37,909 nucleotides of DNA from Neolecta irregularis DAH-3 (Eukaryota), in assembly GCA_001929475.1 (NCBI GenBank), contig LXFE01004413.1:1-37909 (forward strand), read 5' to 3'. The translations under genes and the position numbers were made by a program. A model generated the notes under the pieces. That model was not told where the DNA came from. It saw nothing but the letters and a program-made list of their open reading frames with translations, and ran no database searches. This document shows, piece by piece, positions 12,920 to 24,536 of the stretch (positions are counted from its first letter, which is position 1; the number at the start of each line of letters is the position of its first letter).

Positions 12920-13333
12920 CTATTCTATTTCTTTGTCGAAAAGCCCCAGATGAGCTTTTTTCATTTGGAGTAATTTTGCAAGCCAATCCTCTATTAGATC
13001 TGCCAAGAAACCCAATACACCAGAGGATTTGCCGCGGTCTTGACCACTTTTATTTGAAGAGATGATTCGCACCGATCCAGTTGGCGTGTTCTGACTAGAA
13101 TGATAGTTTGCTGGAGCAGCGGAAGCAGGTACTCCAGGTGAATTTGCGCTAGATTGAAATGTTGACGCGATCAAAGCTGGTTGCATGGGTATCTGCTGAG
13201 CCATTTCCATGTCACTCTGAAAGACTGAATCTAGATCTTGTATTCCTACATCTGGATTGAAGAATTTGGCAGTAGGAATGGGAAGTGCCATTGAAAGAGC
13301 TGTCAAGATTGCAATGAAAATTGGAAATTGCAT
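12920..13333 (-). CDS. Small secreted orphan protein (~137 aa)
   Basis: Signal-peptide-like MQFPIFIAILTALSMALP; uninterrupted ORF; no recognised family. Confidence 0.65.
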   Translation of the reverse strand: MQFPIFIAILTALSMALPIPTAKFFNPDVGIQDLDSVFQSDMEMAQQIPMQPALIASTFQSSANSPGVPASAAPANYHSSQNTPTGSVRIISSNKSGQDRGKSSGVLGFLADLIEDWLAKLLQMKKAHLGLFDKEIE

Positions 13334-14178
13334 GGTATTGATAACAATTGTTTTGTGACAACATCCCTTTATCTTATACACCAGAATATCGAAATATTTT
13401 CAAAGTAAGGGTGTTGAAGCAAGGTGTTGAAATCTCAAAATTGAGAATGAGTGGTAGTGAGTATCTAAAGTAAGGACCCATCTGTGGCTGCATATTTAAT
13501 AATATGGCTGCCTGTAAGTATGAGACCTCAAAATGAATAAGACTATGATGTATTTAAGCATATACCCTCGGGTATGGCTTACCATCACGGAAGGAAGGCT
13601 TGTAATGATATTACGGATTTTAATTTGTAGTATAAAGTTAGATAGGCGTTCATACCCAGCCAAATATATTTCTACAAGATATGATAATCTTCATATGACA
13701 ATCTTTAAAAAGCGATATACCTAGCTTAAGATATGAGAATCTTAATTTGATTGTCCCTATCTGATAATATACATGATTCCTTAAAAGTCCCATAATCCCA
13801 TGTTCCTGCGCCACATCCTTGCTAGATCTTTGCGGTGCCTGTACAGTATGCCAAGCAACACAGCCCACAAGAAGGCTCAAACTCTATCCATGAGATGACT
13901 CGGGTTCAATCCATAAAATGACTCGGCGCGAAATTCTATCAAACTCTGTCACCAAGTGATATAGTTTAAATTCTTTCTTTTGATTTGCAACTAGGATGTG
14001 GGCACAATCAAGTCCACCCGGCCCCATACAACGGTACTAGCCAGGTCAGACATAGAGGACGCCACAGCTGTGGGCGCCCCCCCAGTTCAAGACTTTGGAT
14101 CCCCATGTGGATAGTGTTCCACACGGACCAGTCAGAAGACCGGTCAGTGGCGCGCAAGCACGGGTATTTAGGTAATGC

Positions 14179-14304
14179 CCAGCGCGATTAGCGCGCTAGA
14201 CTTAACACTGTATAATACTACGAACGGTTATTACTATTGACGACCCTCGCCTATTATACGACCTTAAGACTCAGCGGAGTATAGACCATAGAGGTCAAGT
14301 ACTC
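14179..14304. repeat. Dispersed ~120-bp hairpin-rich element, copy A (inverted relative to 29838-29954)
   Basis: Reverse complement ctccgctgagtcttaaggtcgtataataggcgag...tatacagtgttaagtctagcgcgcta aligns to ctccgctgagccttaaggccgtataacaggtgag...tatacagtattaagtctagtgcgcta. Confidence 0.85.
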
Positions 14305-14469
14305 ACATAGGACAAGCAGAACAAAATCGTAAAATTTCGCCGATGCTTGTTTTACTTTTACTCTATTTTAGTCGCTGAAACACGCGGCTTCTTTCTCGTT
14401 CTCTGTTCGCCTTTGACCTTTTCATGAAATTTTTAAATTGCACACCTCAACAGAACTAAAAGATTTTCA

Positions 14470-14760
14470 ATGTTTCGATCACTTATTCTTATCCTCCTCA
14501 CTTTCGGTTTCGTCGCCATGGCCAGCCCAGTTGGAGAAATAGAGGAAAAGCAAGATAATCCAAAAAAGCGTTCCCCTTCACCAGGGAGGGATGAACTTTC
14601 AGTCAAGAGGAAGAAATTTGAGGAAAAAGGGTTGCCCAGAACAAGTCGATATTGGGATCTTAGCGCGCTCGGTGGCTGCGAAACGGAAGACAACTCAACA
14701 GGAATCGCAAGCCAATACGAGACAATAAATAGACAAGTTGTGGAAAGAAACGTTGGTTAG
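14470..14760 (+). CDS. Small secreted protein (96 aa) with basic clusters (bipartite-NLS-like or Kex2 sites)
   Basis: Signal peptide MFRSLILILLTFGFVAMASP followed by PKKRSPSPGRDELSVKRKK. Confidence 0.65.
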   Translation: MFRSLILILLTFGFVAMASPVGEIEEKQDNPKKRSPSPGRDELSVKRKKFEEKGLPRTSRYWDLSALGGCETEDNSTGIASQYETINRQVVERNVG

Positions 14761-14894
14761 AAACGTTGGTTTCTAATGTAAATACATTTCCTCTCCTTTA
14801 TCAATTATCAATTTATCACCCTGGTTGCTTCTTGATTCCGCTTTATTGTGAATCGGATCAATCGGATCAAATCTCCACGTGCGCCACACCTCAA

Positions 14895-16740
14895 ATGCCT
14901 CCACACCCCACGGTTCGCCGGAACTCCTTCCCAAAATCATCCTCTGATGATCCAGCTTCTTCAAAGCCATCAAGCCAAAAGCGCCAAATGTTTTCTTTCC
15001 CTGCAGCCAAGACGGCATCCCCCTCGAATCTCTGGACATATCTTTTACAGGAACTATCATCCCCAAGCCTCCAAACTTCCCAAGAAATAAAGCGGGAAAG
15101 AGTGAAGAATTTTATTTCAGTACCAGAGAAGCTCGAAACAGTTATATTTTTTGGCTGTATTATCTGTCTCGATTCATTTCTTTACGTATTTACGATTCTA
15201 CCATTAAGGTTCGTGAAGGCTCTGTGGAGAGGACTTAGGCTATATCCTCTAGGAAAGTCGTCTGTTCCCCCAGCAGTCATATAGACTGATTGCTAGAATA
15301 TTAGATTCCGAGAAATGCGATGTGTTGAAGGGATTTCTCGTAGCATTGAGTTGCTTTGCATTGAGTTTTATGGATGTAAGCCGGACGTATCATCTAATCC
15401 GTCGACAAAATACGATGAAGTTGTATGTTCTATTCAACGTACTTGAAGTAAATCTTTCTTTTCGGTAAACGTGCGTTGACTCATATAGATATCCGATCGT
15501 TTATTATGCGCGATCGGTCAGGATATACTTGACTGCTTATTCTCGAGTTCATCATTTGGTCGGAAAAAGGATGGCGGAAGACGGCATCTTCGTCCCATAA
15601 CTTTCTTTCTCCTGGGAGTCATATACAATGGTACTGCTTTTCTTTTCAATCTCTAGTTAATGTCAGTTACACACGCAATAATCCTGTTTTATCAATTAGT
15701 CACGTTGAATGTGGCTGTAAACTCATACTCAAACGCCCTGTTGACTTTATTAATGTCTAATCAAATCGTGGAGATAAAATCTTCCGTGTTTAAAAAGTTT
15801 GAAAAGGAGAATCTGTTCCAGATAACTTGTGCCGGTATTCCCATCTCTTTCTTTTTCTCTAAGAAACGTAGATATCGTTGAGCGCTTTCAACTCTCGGTT
15901 CTTTTAACGATTATTTCACTCCGCAATCTTATAGAGCTACGCGGTTCCTCTTTTTCCGTTCTTCCAGATTCCTATCTCCCATCATTCCACGTTCTTATCA
16001 CTATATTCACACCAGTACTTGTCGTTTTATCATCAGAAATTATCGTGGATTCTCTGAAACATGCATTTATTACCAAGTTCAACCATTTTCGACCCGGTAT
16101 TTACCCACTGTTCCTGGACTGTCTAGCGAGAGATTATATTGTCTGTGAGAACGGGTCTCAGGTCGCTCTTTAGCAAACCACCATGCTGACGAGAAGAAAT
16201 TTGTCGATCAATCGCCCGCTGTATCGCGTAGAATTGGCCTGCCAGTATTGCCGTTATCATGCCTTTTCATTCGCGCGATGATCCAAATTTATAATATGAT
16301 ATTGTCCAGCTCTTTGAACGACGCTGCTACAACTCCAACAGAAGACATCCTTCGCGTTACAGAAACAAGTTCGGGAGTGGACGAAATTTTCCGCAATTTT
16401 GTTGACGAACCGAGAGTCCAGCGTATTGTCGGTTTATCGTTGTTCTCCATTATGGTGTTTGTTAGGTATTTATTCACTTGATTTTCAAACTGACTATAGT
16501 CTCGTCGTACTAAAGCTTGTTCTCGGAGTTTCGATAACCCTATTTGCAGCCCGCCGCGTGCAGAATATGAAAGTCGAGGAATCTAGCTTAAAGTTTGGGC
16601 GTTTCTCATTGCAGGTTGAACTCGATAAAGAGACGAAAGATTACATAAATAGCGACAAGGAAGTGCCTCCAAAACTACCTACAGATCGGAGTTTGTTTAA
16701 TATTGAGCGATATGAAATGTTCAGTAAACGGATTTATTAG
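14895..16740 (+). CDS. EMP65: TAPT1/Emp65 family ER membrane protein (DUF747), multiple introns
   Basis: CLDSFLYVFTILPLR, TLNVAVNSYSNALLTLLMSNQIVEIKSSVFKKFEKENLFQITCAD, SEIIVDSLKHAFITKFN, C-terminal ERYEMFSKRIY. Confidence 0.92.
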
Positions 16741-16908
16741 GTGCTGACGGATTGCTTTTCAGTGTTTGGCGCTGTGGTGCATTTTTGTTCAATGGATATA
16801 GGTTTGACACAACCTTCCATTTTGTATTTCAAATGCGGATCAGCTCATGCTGTCATACTCTGACACTATACCTCTAATATTATCCCGTTGCTACTGATTG
16901 CTCCAAGG

Positions 16909-16958
16909 GCTGAATGCGGCTGAATGCGGGCTGATTGCGATTTGAGTGTCATCACGTG
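16909..16958. promoter_or_regulatory. CGG-N7-CGG (= CCG-N7-CCG) zinc-cluster site within a 3 x GCTGA(A/T)TGCG repeat, plus a CACGTG E-box, upstream of ERT1/acuK
   Basis: CGG at 16917-16919, ctgaatg, CGG at 16927-16929; CACGTG at 16953-16958; ~100 bp before the ATG at 17033. Confidence 0.45.
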
Positions 16959-17032
16959 TTTCTACCTCCAAACTGAGTTCCTCTCGAAGGAAACCCTGGC
17001 AAACAATTGGAATTCTAAGCTAGGGCGTAAAT

Positions 17033-18284
17033 ATGGAAACACCCCATTATAAATCGGATCCTTCAAGTCCCCAAATGTCGTCTTTACAAAAACGTAAAAA
17101 AGCGTCACGAGCCTGTGCCGCTTGCCAAAAGGCGCATTTGACTTGTGATGACGGTAAGAATCCCAAATAAAGCGGGTGTTTGCTGATCTTTGCGTGTTAG
17201 AACGCCCGTGTGGCCGTTGTATGAAGCGTGGAATTTCGGAATCTTGCCAGGATGGATTGCGCAAAAAGGCCAAATACTTGCAGGATCAGCAAATGGACAT
17301 TTCCTGCCAGTCTGGAGATCTAGCTACACCACAAGACGCTTTTCTACAACTCGGTGTGTCTTGTTGTGTCGGGATCTGACTGGTATCAGACCCCAATTCA
17401 TATATTCCTTCAACCCAGTTCGAGCCTTCACATTACGATTTCGGATCACATTCAATGAATATGGAGTACTCGATGCTTTCAAACATGCTAGGAAACACCC
17501 CATCGAGCGAATCTTCGGCGACTCTACCGTCGCCGAAACAATCACATATCATTCACAATCCTTCTCCTCGCGCTTCGACTCAACAAGCCTCAACCCAAAC
17601 AAATCCCAGCGCCGTCTATACTTCGGTTACAAAGCCGTTCATTTATATTGCCGGTTATCATGCTTTAAACTCATATCTCAGAGAAAGATTCGAAAGCTCA
17701 GATCTCCTAAGAATTGCACGCAGCATATCGAATTATCGACCCAGTTTTATAGCATTAACGCAGACTCTTAAAGAAGAAGATTTGATATTTATGGAGAAAT
17801 GCTTTCAGCGCACATTGCTAGTACTTTCAGTGAAGAAAACACAGAGCATTGATCATTAGGAATACGATAGGTTCATTGGATATTCCGGCACCCCTACAAT
17901 AATATGGCGTCGGACAAACCAAATTGCTCACGTAGGAAAAGAATTTTGTCTTCTTACTGGCTGGACTAAAGATGATCTCTTGTCTAAACAAACTTTTATC
18001 ATTGAGGTACTCAGTGTCAGTCCTCAAGGCTGACTGAGCAGCTTATGAACAATCATTCTGTATTAAATTATTTTGACCGATTCTCGGAACATGCATTTGG
18101 AGATACGAGTAGTTCTACTTCTCCTGTTACCCTAATCAGCAAAGCTGGGCGAGAAATTCTTTGTATGTGTTGTTTCACTATAAAAAGAGATGTATTTGAT
18201 ATGCCGCACATGATTGTGGGAAACGTATGTTTCTCCATTTCTAGCTATCTAATGACCTTCAAGTTTTTGCCTGTTTTAGGATGA
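17033..18284 (+). CDS. ERT1: Zn2Cys6 transcription factor with C-terminal PAS-like fold, gluconeogenesis activator Ert1/AcuK
   Basis: [31 protein letters not shown]...[19 protein letters not shown]...[43 protein letters not shown]. Confidence 0.9.
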
Positions 18285-18530
18285 AGTTTGGAGTCCTAGG
18301 TCTGGAAAGGGTGCCGAGGGTTATAACAAGTTTTTTATGGTTACAAAAATCTTGTCTTCTTGTATATTATAAACATTCAATATTTGCTCTGTCAATTTAC
18401 TTTCTGTTCGTTGTGGGTAACAATTTTCAAAATTAAAAAGTAATGGACAATAGTAATCTCAGAGCATAATTAACTGTGGATATTTACAAATGTTATTCAC
18501 GTCTAATACTAAAAACTTCCTTTTATAATT

Positions 18531-19550
18531 TCAGTTTTCTTTATCTGTCTCTTGGGTAACCTTCAAAATAATGTCAATGCAATCTGGCAAAGAATTGTTA
18601 TTATAAGGAATATACAATCTCCATATCCCAAAAGCTGAATCTTGACACAATTTTAAATTGATATTAGGTAGAAGAACTGTATAGCTTTGTTTTATGAGCT
18701 GAGTGCTAGTGTTTGTAATAGTAGAACAATTGAAATTCATATCTGATGTATTGTTAACTAAAGTTAAGTTTGTGGTTGGGTTAAAGGAGTTGAATGTTTT
18801 ATTGATATTAGAAGGGAGTTCTTCTACAGTGGTATTGTAAATATCATTATCATCAATAACTAAGTTATTAGATGAGGTTGGATAGTATCGAGAAGTAAGG
18901 TTTAGCAAACTATTGACATTGTTCAACGAACTGTTGTCTTTGCTAGAAACAGAGGTACGATCATTAATATTCTTAAACCAGTTGTCTTCTCTAATTACCC
19001 AGTTAGTGCTAGCAATATAACTTTTTGTAGTATTATCCAAAATAGAGATATCTCCCAAGATACCATACCACCCAGTTTGAAAATTCTAAATTGTAAGTAT
19101 ATGGATTAAGTATTGTAGAGATATGCCGAGTAGAAGTAGAGTGAATATCTAGTAGCTAAGTCAAACATAGTTCCATTCTTCAAAACAAAGGATGGAAAGT
19201 ATAAACTATTGTTATGGACCTGAATAACTGTGTTATTGGCTTTATTGAGAGATATATGCTTAACGTAAGGTTATTATTGAAGTTTTGAATATATTAAAAC
19301 ATACTCCAATAAGGGTATCGTCTGTTTCTACAACAATCCTAAAAGGATTTCCAAAGGAGATATATTGACTGGCTGAGTAGTTTTGAAGAGAGATGGTTCT
19401 AGTAGAGTTGACAAGAATTCCTGTAGATCCTGCAACTTCATCTGTTTGGTTTGCTGCATAATAATCATTACGATAATGATGATGATGATGATGATGAAAA
19501 GCTTGGACAAAGCCAATGGCAATGGTAAATATAGAATTAGGTGAGAACAT
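18531..19550 (-). CDS. Secreted N-glycosylated orphan protein with an N-terminal His7 tract; 2 predicted introns (one GC-AG at 19086-19126)
   Basis: MFSPNSIFTIAIGFVQAF HHHHHHH; many N-x-S/T sequons; the predicted introns join the ORFs in frame; AT-rich region. Confidence 0.6.
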
Positions 19551-19867
19551 GAGCAATTGTATGTCTGGATAGTTGTCAGTGTGTGGTTGAAGTTGACTTT
19601 AGACTGCAAGGCAATTTATACGGCTTGAAAAAGCTGGTGCCATGCACTTGGTTTGATCCCATACCGAAGTGGGATTGCACTGTAAAATATATATTCCTAT
19701 CTATGCATTTAGATTATAATAACTATCCTTTCATAGTTTAATAATAAAAGGAGACCGAAGACGATCGACGCGAGGGTGTTAAATTCTTGTGTTTCTTTAC
19801 TCCATATAACCTCCAGGAAGGATTGCGCTTTCCGCCAAATTTAGATACTTAGAAGATCGGTGACAAA

Positions 19868-22800
19868 ATGTCTGATATCGGAGAGGTTGACGAAGAAGTC
19901 TTACGAGCGAGCTTCCCTAATATATCGAAGAGGTATGCACATCTGGATATAAGTACGACTCCCTATCAAAGTATCACTAATTTTTGTCAGCAACGATATA
20001 TAACACTCTCAACGATGCAGGATTTGAAGAAGAATCAGCAATTAAGGCTCTCGGAGAAAAGTTAAAGAATACATTGACTGAGGGTCAACGTGGACGGAAA
20101 AGGAAGATTGAATCGGACGATGAGGTATACCTCAGCTAAATATTGTAATATTTAATGACCAGGACGTCGAAGAAGAAAACGGCAGCAGGAACGAAACAGT
20201 CACTCTAGCCTCTTGTACAACAGATAAAGCAGTGATAACTGATCTCAAACCGGAACGAGAACGAACTCGAACAAAACAAAATCAACAAATTTCTGCGGAG
20301 AAACCAGTACCAGAAACTCGAGCAACAAAAAAAGGAATGTAAGATTCTATGCAATTATCTAATTTCATAGGCAAGTCGCGAAAGAATAAGAACGTGTACG
20401 TCCCGCTACCAGAAGAAATCGAAGAAGATGCGAAATTAGTTGTCATAGGAGAAGATCGTCAAGATGAAACTGAGATATTGCCCGGCGAAGAAAGAAATGA
20501 ACGAGAAACACTTCCTTGCAGAACACTAGATAACTTTACCCTATATGATGTCGTACATGGTAATAGGATCGTCGGACTCGAGTCTATTGGAGACGATGGC
20601 ATGGATATTCGTTGTAGTGGGATCGTAAAACCAATTATCATTGATCCTGACGATGAACCTGAAGATGATGACGACGAAGATTTCCTAGGGGACAACGGCG
20701 AACCAAAGGAAAAACAGAAAATGGATCAACAAATTGTTAAGCTTTCAGCTATATTCTTCTGGGAAATTATCATGGAGAAGAGCGGAGAAAGGTATCTGCA
20801 ATTTTTGGAGATGATTAACATATCTAGTCAAATTTGGCTTCGAACCACTTTTGCATACTATAGGCTCCTCAATCCTTCAATTGATATGGTCAAAGACTTC
20901 ACTCCCCTTGCTCGACGACTTCAATTAGCCAATTTAGTTATCGCCACGCTTGCCAGGGATAACAATGCTGGATATGAAGAATTCATCGAAAATATCAAAG
21001 ATGAGATCCAGACCGGCAGCAGTTCGATCTCTATGAAGTTCAACGAGAAAGACATTAAGAAAGAAAGTCAATATCTTCTCGAAGAGATATCGAACTGGTC
21101 CGAAGAAGTCATGGAAGATGGAGATGTCTGTGATATATTTGGCTCACAACTCTTTACTAAGATCATGCAATTCTGTAATGGTGTAGGCAAATCAGTTGGA
21201 ATCGCCAGTGGACGACGAACACAGCGAAATGTCAATCTTGAAGTGCTCAAGCACGTTAATCCTACATGTGTAACGCCGTGGATCAATAAGGTTTCCAACG
21301 GTCTTTTCCTCAGAACTCTTCTCGTTTCGGAAATCAAAGTCGAAGGAACGGAGGTTGCCGATGATAACGACATTCGAGCAATCACATGTGACCCTCATAC
21401 CGCCAAAAATCTCGCTCTTGAAGGTCGAGATAGGACAACCAATGTTAGATGGATCGGCGAAGGGGAAAAGAAAACCAGTGATCGCACTTATTACAACACA
21501 GTCGATATTGATGGAGATATTATTACGGTAGGCGACTGTGTTAGCATGCGAGCCGACGAGACACACACTCCATATAACAAGAAGCAAGGAAAATCTGCTG
21601 CTTCAGTCGAACGACAAGCAGAAGTCTGGTTTGGCCGTGTTGTTTACATGTGGCAAGAGAAAAATCACAAGCAGTTCCACGTTAGATGGTTCATTCACGG
21701 ATCCGATACCGTTCTACAAGAGACAGCTGGCCCCCGGGAATTGTTCCTTATTGATGAATGTGACGACAATGAGTTGGACTCGATTATGGGCAAGATCGAA
21801 GTCCGGTTGCTTGACAGTGTTGAGCCAGAACCCGTTATTTCGAAGAAGAACGTATTCTTCTACAGATTCTTTTACGACAAAAACAAAATGATGTTTGAAG
21901 ATGTCCGAAAACACGAAGGAAGCTGCCACTTTCAGTTTTGCGACGAAGATGCGCAATGCGAGTCTTGCGAAGCTCATCATCAACAAGAATCTTTCAATGA
22001 TGTGGTTTTCCTCGATACTTACAAAAAATGCTTCAAATACAAGGGAAGTGAATACTATCCTAACGACTTTGTATACACCGTTCCCAAAAATCCCGATACG
22101 CCATATGAAGTCGGGCAGATTATCGATATCGTCAAAATCAGTGGGGGTGTCATAGATGACTACGTTGGTTTCAAGATGACGAAAAGGCTATCCAAGATGT
22201 CAAGTAGTGCCACCTCAGTTGGGGTAAAACTCCGAATGTTTAAAAGGTCGGTCACTCTCGTCATGAAAGATTACAAGACTCTTGTTGCTGAGGGTGGGGA
22301 GCCATCAGTTCGTGACCAGCGGCAACTCTTTTACACTGGAAAAGAAGCCGAATTTCCCGCCACAGAACTCGAAGGAACTTGCTGTGTTCGACACATAGAC
22401 GAAATCGAAAACCTCGACGACTTTAAGGATGAGCAAGACACTTTCTGGGTCGACACCAAACTTGTAGCTGGCAAACAAGTCGAATTTTCTCTTAATGAAA
22501 TCACTCACAACCCAAAATCCGAACGAACTCGTAAAGAATATCTGCGAGACCTCAAAGAATTCCTTGCCACATCTGGAGGCAAACTTCGTGGACTGGATAT
22601 TTTTTCGGGTGCCGGTGGTCTTACCATTGGGTTTGATCGTACTGGAGCTGTCGAGACCAAATGGGCCATCGAATTTAGCAAAGCTGCGGCAATGGCATTC
22701 AAATATAATCACCCAAATATCATGGTTTACAATCAATGTGCAAATCTGCTGTTAGATAGGGCTATCAAAGAAGGAAATGGTGAGATTCCAGACGAGCTAC

Positions 22801-24142
22801 TGGATTTTCAGAAACAGAAAGTAGTCCCTATGCCGGCAAGAGGCGAGGTGGATTTCATATATTGTGGCCCACCTTGGTATTTACTTTGTCAACATTTTCT
22901 CGCTAATGGAAAAGTCAAGGTTTTAGTGGGATCAATCGATTTAAGAAGGCCAACGATGTCAAGAATTCACTAATCGCTACCTCCCTCAGTTACGTCGACT
23001 TTTATAGGCCAAAATATTTTCTACTCGAGAACGTCCGAGGCTTACTCGCTTTCAGAATGGGTGGCAAACAAGCCGGTACGAATAAAATTGAGGGTGGTAT
23101 TCGAATGGGAGCAGTAAAGTTTATTCTTCGAGCGCTTACTTCTATGGGTTACCAAGCACAGTTTTCCATTCAACAAGCAGGTCAACATGGATGCCCTCAA
23201 TCCCGTCGTCGTGTTATTTTTTGGGGTGTGCAAATGGATTACCGTATCCCACGTTGGCCTCAACCTTCCCATTGTTTCCCCAAACAAGGCTCCCTCAATA
23301 TCACTTTGCCGGACGGCTTCTCGTTTTCTGCTGTAAAAAGAAGATCAGGACATGCCCCTCATGCTTTAGTTACTATTGGTGATGCAATTCTAGATCTTCC
23401 CGGGTTTGAATATGCTAATCCGCATAAAGTCTGTAGCATCACCGACGAAGAGCAAGCGGAGAACCGGCCTTATCGAAAGATCAATGTCTCTACCGCCGGG
23501 GTTCAGGTTGGCGAACTAGAGCAGGATTACGCTTATCCTCCATTAAGCGAATATCAACGATGGATTCGGAAAAAATCTACGCAATTAACTTGTCATTTCA
23601 CGAGACCTTTCAATGAAATCACAGTTGAACGGATTTGTAGAATTCCAATGATTGCTGGAGCGGATCATTCATCCCTACCTGACCCATTAAAACCTTGGTT
23701 TGCCTGCTTATTTTTATTATTGAAAACCTTACTTTGGAAGGTGTCTCTCTGATCCTAACTCTGCTGCTGCCAGACACAACGGATGGAAAGGGCTCTTTGG
23801 TCGTCTCGATCTTGACAGTCACTTCCAAACCGCGTTGACGGATATCCAACCTATGGGCAAACAAGGGGTATAAATCTGCTCAGTTTGTCGTATTTATAGT
23901 TTCAGTCTGTCATTCATCCTACACAGAAGCGAGTTATTACGGTTCGAGAACATGCGCGGTCGCAAGGTTTCCCGGATACTTACAAATTTATTTCAGACAC
24001 TGACAAAGTGTCAGATCAACACAGACAAGTCGGTAATGCCGTACCAATTCCTCTTGGGTTTGCTCTCGGATTGCCGCTACGCGAATGTTTGATTGAGCAG
24101 TGGAAAAGGAGTGCATTGACCACAGGAGAAGAGCAGGCATAA
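19868..24142 (+). CDS. DNMT1: DNA (cytosine-5)-methyltransferase, DNMT1/Masc2-type (RFTS-like, BAH1, BAH2, MTase)
   Basis: RFTS-like [10 protein letters not shown]...[50 protein letters not shown]; motif [21 protein letters not shown] (spliced); [51 protein letters not shown]. Confidence 0.93.
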
Positions 24143-24536
24143 GTAGTCGGCCTCTTAATTTATTCGAAAACATTTGTACATTCACAAATAATTAGTTTAA
24201 AAATGGACTCGTGCAGCTCTTGTTTCATTCCTATGTTCATGTTATTTACGTTGAACATAGTTTGGTTCAGTCTTGCGTCCCAAGATCCAGGAACCGCGTT
24301 GAGTGCATGAAGTTTTGATTCTCGGAACCCCCACAGCAACCAGCGATAAACAATCACCGCCACAGATAAACAGATCTCCAATGTCAATAATAACAAATTG
24401 ATCAGATGGATGAGCTTGCAGGGCGCAAGAAGAGAGAACAAGCCCAAAGAGGAAGTCAATTTCGTCACTGAGAAACAGATACTAGATACAGCTGTACTTC
24501 AAGTAGAATCCATACTCTCTAAGCCATGAAACCCGC

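Noticed and set aside
14195..14285. Twister ribozyme or group I intron core (TAACACTG...GCGGAG; AGACTT...TAAGA)
   Set aside because: The twister pseudoknot pairings and the group I P7 pairing (GACUA/UAGUC) cannot be formed in either copy.
20349..22973. Apparent truncated or inactive DNMT (PPW instead of PPC)
   Set aside because: A 38-nt intron restores GPPCQGFS and the downstream frame.
24160..24468. 102-aa minus-strand ORF with a hydrophobic stretch
   Set aside because: No ATG start or recognisable family; lies in the 3' region between convergent genes. A small gene cannot be fully excluded.
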